From assembly GCA_903928565.1 (NCBI GenBank), contig CAIYRH010000010.1, forward strand, positions 41,614 through 105,613: 64,000 nucleotides of DNA. The letters run 5' to 3'. Both the position numbers and the translations under genes were made by a program. This document shows positions 45,991 through 54,243 of this stretch, piece after piece. The stretch is from Candidatus Staskawiczbacteria bacterium. Lineage in GTDB: Bacteria; Patescibacteriota; Minisyncoccia; Minisyncoccales; Staskawiczbacteraceae. Under the pieces are notes generated by a model. The model saw only the letters and a list, made by a program, of their open reading frames with translations, made no database searches and was not told the DNA's origin. Positions within the stretch are counted from its first letter, which is position 1. Each line of letters begins with the position of its first letter.

Positions 45991-46027
45991 GCCTCGTAGC
46001 ACATCACGTGTTGCGGGGCATTTTTTT
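45991..46027 (+). terminator. terminator closing island 3
   Basis: 12-bp stem GCCTCGTAGCAC/GTGTTGCGGGGC (three G-U pairs) followed by A-T7. Confidence 0.75.
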
Positions 46028-46050
46028 GTATAAAAAATACTTGCTAACTA

Positions 46051-46079
46051 TTGACAAGGGGACTTCTATAGAATATAAT
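46051..46079 (+). promoter_or_regulatory. perfect-consensus sigma70 promoter of the marR-efflux operon
   Basis: TTGACA (46051-46056), 17 nt spacer, TATAAT (46074-46079). Confidence 0.8.
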
Positions 46080-46087
46080 AGATAATC

Positions 46088-46112
46088 TAATAGTTAGGTA
46101 ATCAAACTATTA
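46088..46112. promoter_or_regulatory. 8-9-8 perfect inverted repeat, probable MarR operator
   Basis: TAATAGTT-N9-AACTATTA, lying between the -10 element and the marR start codon. Confidence 0.6.
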
Positions 46113-46124
46113 ATTTTCACGCCT

Positions 46125-46544
46125 ATGCAACAAAATGAAAAACTATTATCTGCCATATTTAACGTTGGCAGACTCATAAGAGAAGAAATACATAAAAGCA
46201 ATTGCTTGGCCGATTTTACGCACACAGAAGTGGAAGTTTTGAAATTTTTGCACGGCAAAAAAAGCACAACAATGAAAGCCATTGCCGACTATTTATACAT
46301 AAAGCCATCTTCGGCAACGCCTGTAATTGAAAATTTAGTTGCAAGGGGTAGCCTAAAAAGAATAGAAAATAAAGAAGACAGAAGGGTAGTATATATAGAA
46401 TTAACTCCAAAAGGCAAAAAAACTTTAGAAAATAAATATAAAACTATACGTAAAACCGTAGATAAAATTTTCGGTAAATTAAATGCAAAAGATAAAACAA
46501 TATTAATTAAAATTTTTGAAAAAATTAACGATGAAAATATCTAA
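46125..46544 (+). CDS. MarR-family transcriptional regulator
   Basis: 139-aa winged-helix layout (FTHTEVEVLKFLHGKKSTTMKAIADYLYIKPSSATPVIENLVARGSLKRIENKEDRRVVYIELT). Confidence 0.88.
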   Translation: MQQNEKLLSAIFNVGRLIREEIHKSNCLADFTHTEVEVLKFLHGKKSTTMKAIADYLYIKPSSATPVIENLVARGSLKRIENKEDRRVVYIELTPKGKKTLENKYKTIRKTVDKIFGKLNAKDKTILIKIFEKINDENI

Positions 46545-47976
46545 AAGAACAATTATAATTATTTCGGCCATAGTTTTAATTGGAATTATTGTTTGGTTAT
46601 ATTTTATTTTTGGCACAAAAGCACCAGCAACCTTAACCTCAGTTGAAGTAAAAAGTGCAAACATTACCGAAAGTGTTAATTTAAGCGGCCAAGTTAAAGC
46701 TTCACAAGGGGTAGATTTATCTTTTGAATCTCAAGGGAAAGTTGTAGCAAATTATGTAAAAGTTGGTGACAAAATTTATGCAGGCCAAGCCCTTGTTGCA
46801 ATAGACAGTTCTATTTTAAGGTCGCAGTTAAAACAGGCTCAAGCTCAGCTCGATATTTTAAGCGTTGACACAGTAAAAAGCAAAACCTTTTCTAGTTTGC
46901 AGGTTGCTTATCAAAATAGTTTAAGTGCAGCACAAAAATCTGTTGACAATGCAAAAAGCGTTTTACTAACAATGATTGACCTTCAAAATGACCATTTTAA
47001 AACTCAAACAACTCAAAACATTCCACTTTTTAATACAAAAGCGGTGGCAATTACGGCCTTATTGGGGCAATATTCTGGCGGAAGCATGCCAACTTCTGAA
47101 GATTTGGGCGCATTAAATGGCGGCGCTTTTGGTTTGGTGCAAACGGCAATTCAAAACCCAACACAAACAAACATTGATGTGGCTCTTTCAGGTACAATAA
47201 TTGCGTTACAAGATTTAAGCGACATGCTTGGTGCTGTGCCAATTGTAGATACTTTAAGCCCCGCAGAAAGAATTGTACTAAGCACATCCAAAACCAGCAT
47301 AAATGCTGAAATTGTTACGACAACAACTAACATTCAGGCAATCGCAAATTTAAAAGTAGATAACTCTGCAACAGTTTCAACGGCAAGTGCACAAGTTGAA
47401 GCTGCCCAAGCTAATGTTGACGCCGTTAGAGCACAAATTGCAAAAACAGTAATTGTGGCCTTATTTGACGGGCAGGTTGATAAAGATAATGTGGTTGTTG
47501 GGCAATTAATTTCCTCAAACACGCCGGTTGTTACAATTTCAAATGATAATTTAGAAGTGGACACAGCAGTGTCTGAAATAGATTTGCCAAATGCAAAAGT
47601 TGGCGGAAAAGCTAACGTAACACTAGATGCTTACGGCAATGGTGTAAATTTCCCAGCGGTAATTTTTTCTGTAGATTCGGCACCAACAATTATAAATGGA
47701 GTGCCAACCTACGGAGCAAAATTAAAATTTGATGCACTTGATAGCAGAATTAAACCTGGAATGACCGCCAATATAACAATGATTTCCGAAACTCATGCAA
47801 ACGTTTTAGTAATTCCAAAATCGGCAGTTATACAAAACAATGGACAATATTTTGTGCTGGTTGATTTAGGAAATTCTAAAAAAGAAACGCGCCCAATTGT
47901 AGTGGGCCTTCACGACGACAAAAATATTGAAATAATTTCTGGCTTGCAATTAGGAGAAAAAGTATTTACTTATTAA
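46531..47976 (+). CDS. efflux periplasmic adaptor subunit (HlyD family)
   Basis: TM anchor, lipoyl-like hairpin (GKVVANYVKVGDKIYAGQALVAID), a long coiled coil, and a beta-barrel. The ATG at 46531 is preferred over the TTG at 46516. Confidence 0.8.
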   Translation: MKISKRTIIIISAIVLIGIIVWLYFIFGTKAPATLTSVEVKSANITESVNLSGQVKASQGVDLSFESQGKVVANYVKVGDKIYAGQALVAIDSSILRSQLKQAQAQLDILSVDTVKSKTFSSLQVAYQNSLSAAQKSVDNAKSVLLTMIDLQNDHFKTQTTQNIPLFNTKAVAITALLGQYSGGSMPTSEDLGALNGGAFGLVQTAIQNPTQTNIDVALSGTIIALQDLSDMLGAVPIVDTLSPAERIVLSTSKTSINAEIVTTTTNIQAIANLKVDNSATVSTASAQVEAAQANVDAVRAQIAKTVIVALFDGQVDKDNVVVGQLISSNTPVVTISNDNLEVDTAVSEIDLPNAKVGGKANVTLDAYGNGVNFPAVIFSVDSAPTIINGVPTYGAKLKFDALDSRIKPGMTANITMISETHANVLVIPKSAVIQNNGQYFVLVDLGNSKKETRPIVVGLHDDKNIEIISGLQLGEKVFTY

Positions 47977-47986
47977 TTTAAAAAAC

Positions 47987-48604
47987 ATGGAAAAAAATAA
48001 ACGAAATAAAATAATTGCAGGTGTTGCCGTGGCGGTAATAGTTTTGGGTAGTATTGCGGGATTCATTTATTGGACGATTTCTTCGGGCAGTATCTATGTA
48101 GAAAATTCAATGGTGTCGGCCCCCGTAATTAATTTAGCGCCAGCTTTTGGCGGGACTCTTCAAGAGGTATTTGTAAATGTGGGCGACAAAGTGCAAACTT
48201 CGGCTCCAATAGCTAGAGTTGGTAATGAATTGTTAAAAGCGCAATCTGCTGGGCAAATTTTATCAATTAGCACAGACATAGGGGCTTCTTATGGGCCAGG
48301 TAAAACTGTTGCCACAATGATAAACCCCGAAGATTTAAGGGTTGTTGGGCAAGTACAAGAAGACAAAGGCTTAAAATTCATAAAAGTTGGGCAAGCAGCA
48401 ACGTTTACTGTAGATGCTTTTGGTTCTAAAAAATATTTGGGCATTGTAGACCAAGTATCACCAACTTCAAACGTCGGAGATATTGTTTTTAACATTTCTA
48501 ATTCCAGACAAGAAAATGATTTTGATGTTAAGGTGCGGTTTGATATTACTCAATACCCAGAATTAAAAAATGGAATGTCGGCAAAACTTTGGATTTATAA
48601 ATAA
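47987..48604 (+). CDS. short HlyD/EmrA-like secretion adaptor
   Basis: TM anchor, GGTLQEVFVNVGDKVQTSAPIARV lipoyl-like motif, and a beta-barrel tail. Confidence 0.7.
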   Translation: MEKNKRNKIIAGVAVAVIVLGSIAGFIYWTISSGSIYVENSMVSAPVINLAPAFGGTLQEVFVNVGDKVQTSAPIARVGNELLKAQSAGQILSISTDIGASYGPGKTVATMINPEDLRVVGQVQEDKGLKFIKVGQAATFTVDAFGSKKYLGIVDQVSPTSNVGDIVFNISNSRQENDFDVKVRFDITQYPELKNGMSAKLWIYK

Positions 48605-48613
48605 TTTTATTTA

Positions 48614-50110
48614 ATGGACGAAGACCACAAAAATTTTAAGTGGCTGGTGCTGTTAACCGTTATTATCGGAACATTTTTGGGCAGGTTAGACCAAACAATT
48701 GTAAACTTGGCCTTGCCTAAAATAATTACCGACTTTAGAATTACTGTTACTTCGGCCAGTTGGATTGCAACCGCGTACATTTTAGCTAACGCGGTTTTTG
48801 TTCCTATTTGGGGAAAACTTGGCGACACTATTGGAAGAAAAAAAGTTTATCTTTGGGGTTTTGGAATTTTTATTTTTGGTTCGGCCCTGGCGGGGTTTGC
48901 ATGGAACTTGAGTTCTATGATTGTTTTTAGAATTATACAAGCAATTGCCAGTTCGGCCGACTACCCAACAGCCATGGCAATTTTGGCGGTAACTTTTAAT
49001 CATGGAAAAGAAAGGGCGCAGGCATTGGGGTTGTGGTCGGTGTCATTTGCGGCAGCTTCTGTTTTTGGGCCATTAATTGGCGGTCCAATGATTGATATTT
49101 TTGGTTGGAGAAGCATATTTTTACTAAATATTCCAATTGGAATTATTGGAGTTGTAATGGCGTTAATTTATATAAAAGAATCTGTTTCTGAAAAGAAAAC
49201 TATTTATTTTGATTGGTGGGGGGCAGTTACACTAGGCGCTGCACTTTCAGCTTTGGTTTTGGTATTAGATCAAGGAAGTCTTTGGGGTTGGCTCGATTTA
49301 AGAAGCGTTCTTTGTTATTTGGCCACTGCTATATTCACAGTTATATTTATTTTAATAGAGCTAGATGCAAAAGAACCAATAGTTGATTTAAAATTTTTCC
49401 AAAACAGTGTATTTGTAAATATTCTTGTAAATAATTTCGTTGTTTTTATGGCTTTAATGGGAGCAGTATTTTTAGTTCCTATTTTTTGCCAAACTTATTT
49501 AGGTTATGACGCCACAAAAACGGGATATATATTTATTCCAATGGCTTTTTGCATGGTTGTGGCTTCTGCAATTGGTGGAACGTTTACGGGCAAGGTTGCG
49601 CCCAAATTTATTCTTTTTGCCAGCACATTTATGGCTGCAGTGGGTGTATTTTTGTTCTCATATTTAGATCCAAGATCATCTATTTGGAGTGTTATTGTGC
49701 CCCTTTCGGTTATGGCATTTGGTTTGGGTTTTGGAATGTCGCAACGTACAAATGGAATAACAGTTGTTGTTCCTGTTGAAGAAATGGGAATTGCTTCTTC
49801 GGTTTTAGCGCTTGGCAGAAATATTGCCGGCTCATTTGGAATTGCAATTTTCGGAACAATTTTAACAGACGCCACAAAAACAAACGTTTTAAATACTGCC
49901 TATCACAGCGTAATTAACGTTACAAATTCTACGGTTTACAGCCAGGCGGTGCAATTAATTATTTTAAAAGCCCAAATTGACGCCTATAAGCCGGTTTTTT
50001 GGACGGCCTCTGCTGTTTTATTAATAGGAGCATTTTTATCGTTATTTATAAATATTTCTAAAGAACAAATGACGCACGGACACACGGCCGAAGACTTTGT
50101 GGAAATCTAA
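48614..50110 (+). CDS. MFS transporter, DHA2 (EmrB/QacA-like, 14-TM)
   Basis: LDQTIVNLALPKI, GKLGDTIGRKKV and 14 predicted hydrophobic segments. Confidence 0.88.
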   Translation: MDEDHKNFKWLVLLTVIIGTFLGRLDQTIVNLALPKIITDFRITVTSASWIATAYILANAVFVPIWGKLGDTIGRKKVYLWGFGIFIFGSALAGFAWNLSSMIVFRIIQAIASSADYPTAMAILAVTFNHGKERAQALGLWSVSFAAASVFGPLIGGPMIDIFGWRSIFLLNIPIGIIGVVMALIYIKESVSEKKTIYFDWWGAVTLGAALSALVLVLDQGSLWGWLDLRSVLCYLATAIFTVIFILIELDAKEPIVDLKFFQNSVFVNILVNNFVVFMALMGAVFLVPIFCQTYLGYDATKTGYIFIPMAFCMVVASAIGGTFTGKVAPKFILFASTFMAAVGVFLFSYLDPRSSIWSVIVPLSVMAFGLGFGMSQRTNGITVVVPVEEMGIASSVLALGRNIAGSFGIAIFGTILTDATKTNVLNTAYHSVINVTNSTVYSQAVQLIILKAQIDAYKPVFWTASAVLLIGAFLSLFINISKEQMTHGHTAEDFVEI

Positions 50111-50173
50111 CGCATTTGCAGTTCAATTTAATAGTAGTATAATTAATTCATTATAATTAACAAAACAAAAAAA

Positions 50174-50428
50174 ATGTTTTTTGCAATAATATTCATCGCA
50201 ATAGGAATAGCTTTATTATTAAATGCCACCGGCCTTTTTACGGGCAGTTTTTGGGGAATTTTTTGGGGAATTGTATTCATAGTAATTGGCATTAGATTTA
50301 TTACAAAAAGGGGTTGTTGTCCAATGTGTGCAGGTGCTATGTGGAAAACAAAAATGATGGGAAAAATGGACAACAACGGTTGTGATTGTGGCCACGAACA
50401 CGCTCCAAAAACAAGAAAACAAAAGTAA
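50174..50428 (+). CDS. small membrane protein with a Cys/His-rich tail
   Basis: Two TM segments, then GCCPMCAG...GCDCGHEH. Confidence 0.5.
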   Translation: MFFAIIFIAIGIALLLNATGLFTGSFWGIFWGIVFIVIGIRFITKRGCCPMCAGAMWKTKMMGKMDNNGCDCGHEHAPKTRKQK

Positions 50429-50440
50429 TTTAACCTAAGA

Positions 50441-50476
50441 AAAATCGCCGCCGATAGCATTGGGGCGATTTTTTTG
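50441..50476 (+). terminator. terminator
   Basis: 7-bp stem AATCGCC/GGCGATT, flanked by a short A-run (A4) upstream and T7 downstream. Confidence 0.65.
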
Positions 50477-50506
50477 ATAGAATAATATAATTATTATTAT
50501 TATTTT

Positions 50507-51688
50507 ATGGAAAAAGAAACAAAGGAGAAAAACCGAAATGTATTCTATGTGGGAATGTTGAGTTTTTTTGGCGGTTTAAGCCAAGACATTTTTGCACCCA
50601 TTTTACCAATTTATTTAACTTCAGTATTGGGTTTTGATAAAGCGGTTGTGGGCATTGCAGAAGGAATTGTAACCGCTAGCGTCAACCTATTTAGAATTGT
50701 TGCGGGCTTTTTATCTGATAAATTTAAAAAACAAAAGCCAATAATTTTTTTAGGTTATTTTTTGTCTATGGTGGCGCGGCCATTGTTGGTTTTGTTTACA
50801 TCAATTGGGGCGATTTTAAGTTTAAGGTTGCTAGATGGTGCCGGCAAGGGAATTAAAGATACTCCAAAAGATGTTTTAATTGCCGGTTCATCAGAAAAAA
50901 AAGTTCGTGGTAGGGGATTTGGAATTGCAAGAATGCTTGATACGTTGGGGTCGGTGGTGGGGCCGTTGTTGCTTTTTGCTTTGCTGTACATTTTTAAAGA
51001 TAATAAATATCTATATCATAATATTTTGCTTTTTACTGCAATCCCTTTGGCAATTACGCTCTTGTTGATATTTAAATTAACGGAAATTCCAAAAGCCGAG
51101 TTTAAAAAAGTTGAGGTTTTGGAAGCCAAAGGAAAATTACCGGCAAGTTTTTATATTTTTATTGCAATAGTTATTATTTTTACACTTGGAAATTCTTCAG
51201 ATGCATTTTTAATTCTGCGGGCAAAAAATGTTGGCGTGTCTTTATTGGAAATTCCGCTTATTATTGCGCTGTTTAATTTAATTTATGCAACTTGCGCGGT
51301 TCCGTTTGGCTCGCTATCTGACAAAATAGGAAGAATTCCCACATTGGCAATTGGCTGGGTTGTTTATGCGTTAGTTTATTTGGGATTTGCATTAACTGCT
51401 ACGCCCATATCAGTTTGGATTTTATATTCATTGTACGGAATTTATTATGCCACTAACGAGGGCGTATCGCGAGCAATGTTGGCCGATTTAGTAAACCCCG
51501 ACCACCGGGGCAGAGCATTTGGAATTTATGGCATGGCAATTGGTTTAACAACTCTGCCGGCCAGTTTTTTAGCAGGTTTTTTATGGGATAAATTTGGCGC
51601 GCAGGTGCCATTTTTCTTTGGAGCTACAATGTCTTTAATTGCACTTTTAGCCTTATTGGTCTTTTCTAAAAAATTACGCACAACATAA
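50507..51688 (+). CDS. MFS transporter
   Basis: 393 aa, 12-TM-like, with a GFLSDKF-type loop motif. Confidence 0.82.
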   Translation: MEKETKEKNRNVFYVGMLSFFGGLSQDIFAPILPIYLTSVLGFDKAVVGIAEGIVTASVNLFRIVAGFLSDKFKKQKPIIFLGYFLSMVARPLLVLFTSIGAILSLRLLDGAGKGIKDTPKDVLIAGSSEKKVRGRGFGIARMLDTLGSVVGPLLLFALLYIFKDNKYLYHNILLFTAIPLAITLLLIFKLTEIPKAEFKKVEVLEAKGKLPASFYIFIAIVIIFTLGNSSDAFLILRAKNVGVSLLEIPLIIALFNLIYATCAVPFGSLSDKIGRIPTLAIGWVVYALVYLGFALTATPISVWILYSLYGIYYATNEGVSRAMLADLVNPDHRGRAFGIYGMAIGLTTLPASFLAGFLWDKFGAQVPFFFGATMSLIALLALLVFSKKLRTT

Positions 51689-51715
51689 TTGTCACTCTTG
51701 ACACGGGATTGCTAA
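51689..51715. promoter_or_regulatory. degenerate CIRCE-like operator
   Basis: TTGTCACTC-N9-GATTGCTAA compared with the consensus TTAGCACTC-N9-GAGTGCTAA (7/9 and 8/9 matches). It overlaps the -35 element of the hrcA promoter. Confidence 0.5.
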
Positions 51716-51726
51716 TTTTGTAATAT
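51698..51726 (+). promoter_or_regulatory. hrcA promoter (near-leaderless)
   Basis: TTGACA (51698-51703), 17 nt spacer, TAATAT (51721-51726). The ATG is at 51735, only 8 nt after the -10 element. Confidence 0.65.
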
Positions 51727-51734
51727 GGGTATAT

Positions 51735-52142
51735 ATGATAACCGAGAGGCAAGAAAAACTTTTAGACTTTCTAATTAGAGAGTACATAAGCACGGCCGTA
51801 CCCGTGGGTTCTTTAGCTTTAAAAAAGATTTGTGATTTAGAAGTTTGTGGCGCAACAATTAGAAATGATTTGCAAATATTAACCAAAGAAGGTTATATTG
51901 AGCAACCACACACTTCGGCTGGCAGAGTGCCAACCAAAAAAGCCTATAAACATTTTTCTGAACAACTTGTACAAAAAAGGCAAAAAGAATTTGATGACTT
52001 TATTGTTAGACAGGTTCGGTTTGCGCACGAAGAAATGGCTCGCGAAATGAGGCGAATGGAAGAGTTAATGCAAGTGCTTGAGCAAGATAATTTTTTTGAA
52101 ATATTAACAACAATAGAAATATGGCACAAGAAGAAGATATAA
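51735..52142 (+). CDS. hrcA: HrcA N-terminal winged-helix domain only (135 aa)
   Basis: MITERQEKLLDFLIREYISTAVPVGSLALKK...GATIRNDLQILTKEGYIEQPHTSAGRVPT matches the HrcA DNA-binding domain. The roughly 200-aa C-terminal part of the family is absent. Confidence 0.8.
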   Translation: MITERQEKLLDFLIREYISTAVPVGSLALKKICDLEVCGATIRNDLQILTKEGYIEQPHTSAGRVPTKKAYKHFSEQLVQKRQKEFDDFIVRQVRFAHEEMAREMRRMEELMQVLEQDNFFEILTTIEIWHKKKI

Positions 52143-52657
52143 TAAATGATCCCGCCGCCGCTGGAAGCTTCGGCGAGGCGACGGATGAATTAAAAAAGCA
52201 ATTGGAAGAAGCCAAGGCCAAGTGCGAGGAATATTTAAATGGCTGGAAACGCGAGCGAGCAGATTTTTTGAACTACAAAAAAGATGAAATGGAACGCATT
52301 GGCCAGTTGGTAAAATATTCGAATGAAGAATTAATTTTAAAAATAATTCCAATTTTAGATAATATTTATTTAGCCGAAATCCACGTGCCAGACGAGCTAA
52401 AAGACAACGACTGGATTAAAGGATTTAATGCAATTAAAAATCAACTTTGTGAATTTTTAAAACGCGAGGGAATCGAAGCAATTGAAACCGTGGGAAAACC
52501 GTTTGACGCAACTGTTATGGAGGCTGTTGCCGCCTCGCAAAACGAGGCGAGCCTCGCCCCAGAGGGGCGGGAGGATGTTGTAACTGAGGAAACCCAGCGT
52601 GGTTACACAATGAACGGAAAATTAATTAGAGTAGCGAAAGTTAAACTGTCTAAATAG
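52121..52657 (+). CDS. grpE: nucleotide exchange factor GrpE
   Basis: YLNGWKRERADFLNYKKD and ILDNIYLA, with the C-terminal beta-domain QRGYTMNGKLIRVAKVKL. Confidence 0.9.
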   Translation: MAQEEDIINDPAAAGSFGEATDELKKQLEEAKAKCEEYLNGWKRERADFLNYKKDEMERIGQLVKYSNEELILKIIPILDNIYLAEIHVPDELKDNDWIKGFNAIKNQLCEFLKREGIEAIETVGKPFDATVMEAVAASQNEASLAPEGREDVVTEETQRGYTMNGKLIRVAKVKLSK

Positions 52658-52721
52658 TAATCACATCGCATAACCGACCAATTTAGTCGGTTATGGAAAT
52701 AAATAAAAAAAAATTAGAAAT

Positions 52722-53354
52722 ATGAAGAATTTAGCAGAAACAGGTCGAGATCCATCCGAGCCAGCAGAACCGCAGGTGAGCATTCAATCTTTTACTCCCG
52801 AATGGCAAGATAGTACGATTGATTGCATAGCAGAAGTTAGGAGAGCGCAATATAATGACCCAACCGGCTTTGTAAAACCAATATATAAAGAGGGAATTGC
52901 AAAAAATTTTCAGCGGTTTCCTTACGAAGATTTCTTTATTGCTTTGGACCAAGAGGGGCAACAAGTCGTTGGAAATATTGGGTTAAGATTTGTTAAAGAG
53001 GAAGAAGATAAAACGAGAATTGGCCAATTGAGAAGATTTAATGTTCGGCCAACATTTGAAGGTAAGGGAATTGGTTCGCGCTTACTTAATCGTTCGCTCG
53101 ATTTTGCCAAGGAGAATAATTATAGGGAGATTTACTTGACTACCGAGTGCGATAAAGAGCATGAACGTGCGCGTGGAATGTACGAAGGCCAGGGTTTTAA
53201 AAGAGTTGCATCTGAAGAAATGTCACCAGATGATTTGAATTTGATATTAACCGGTGATGTCGACGATAATTTAAAGAATATTAAAGAAGGTAAAACATTA
53301 ATTTACAAATTAAAATTAGGGGCAGGTGAGCCATTCCACGAAAAAGTGGAATAG
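52722..53354 (+). CDS. GNAT-family N-acetyltransferase
   Basis: Acetyl-CoA motif RRFNVRPTFEGKGIGSRLLNRSLDFA. Confidence 0.85.
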   Translation: MKNLAETGRDPSEPAEPQVSIQSFTPEWQDSTIDCIAEVRRAQYNDPTGFVKPIYKEGIAKNFQRFPYEDFFIALDQEGQQVVGNIGLRFVKEEEDKTRIGQLRRFNVRPTFEGKGIGSRLLNRSLDFAKENNYREIYLTTECDKEHERARGMYEGQGFKRVASEEMSPDDLNLILTGDVDDNLKNIKEGKTLIYKLKLGAGEPFHEKVE

Positions 53355-53389
53355 TAATAGAAAAACATAAAATAATCAAAGAGAAAATT

Positions 53390-53863
53390 ATGGCGGAAGT
53401 TTATACAACAAACAATTTTGTAGTTGAGTCAGCGGAGGCTCCGCATGTGACGCGAACAGATGGCGGGCATATGAGAATATTGCCAAAGGAAAAAGTTGCC
53501 GATAGAACCAAGTTGTCTCCGCAATTGGCAATAGAATTAATGCGCCTAACAATGGTGGCAGGAGAGGCTATGGCAACTGCTATGAATAAAAGAGGTGTTG
53601 ATATTGGAAGAATAAATTATCAAGATAATGGGAATTGGACGGTTTTTTTTCCAGAAGGTCCAGTTTTGCACATTCACCTTTATGGCAGAGCTAAAAGTGC
53701 AAAAATTCATAAATATGGAGAAGCTTGCTATTTCCCAAATAGAGACACAGGATTCTATGATAAGTTTGAGCCACTTGATAAGGATGATGTTTTGGAAATT
53801 CAAAAAGAGATGGAAAAAATATTTAAAGAAGAGAAGTATTCAGATAAAGCCTGGGGAATATAA
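53390..53863 (+). CDS. HIT-like (histidine-triad-like) domain protein, putative
   Basis: VLHIHLYGR resembles a degenerate HxHxH motif. Weak assignment. Confidence 0.4.
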   Translation: MAEVYTTNNFVVESAEAPHVTRTDGGHMRILPKEKVADRTKLSPQLAIELMRLTMVAGEAMATAMNKRGVDIGRINYQDNGNWTVFFPEGPVLHIHLYGRAKSAKIHKYGEACYFPNRDTGFYDKFEPLDKDDVLEIQKEMEKIFKEEKYSDKAWGI

Positions 53864-53946
53864 TATTTAAAAATTAATTAAATAAGAAAATTATCGAAAA
53901 AGAGCAATCACAACAAATTCAAATAAATATAGACCCGAATTCATAT

Positions 53947-54174
53947 ATGATTACAATGATGAACATGGGTTTTGACGAGGAAATGTTTCACTTTATGATA
54001 ACTTCGGCAAATCAGGGCAGACAATTTGTTGCCACGCCAAAGCATGCAAAAAGAATATATTTACTTTTGAAACAACAAATAGAAAATTACGAAAAACAAT
54101 TTGGCGAAATAAAAACGCAACTACCAACAAGCCCAAGCAACACGCAAGAAGAAAACAACAAAACATTCTTTTAA
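53947..54174 (+). CDS. hypothetical small protein
   Basis: 75-aa ORF in a slot not occupied by any other gene. No family recognised. Confidence 0.45.
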   Translation: MITMMNMGFDEEMFHFMITSANQGRQFVATPKHAKRIYLLLKQQIENYEKQFGEIKTQLPTSPSNTQEENNKTFF

Positions 54175-54243
54175 AAAAAATAAATTAAATAAATCCTCCA
54201 AAATTTTGCAAAGCAAAATTTAGGAGGATAAATAAAAAACATT

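Noticed and set aside
13870-46030. The three G+C-rich islands as assembly chimeras
   Set aside because: This cannot be excluded without read mapping. It is judged less likely for three reasons. Each island occupies a clean intergenic slot without truncating host genes. Each is framed by host-style promoters and terminators. And the islands share a motif with each other. Junction verification is listed as the key check.
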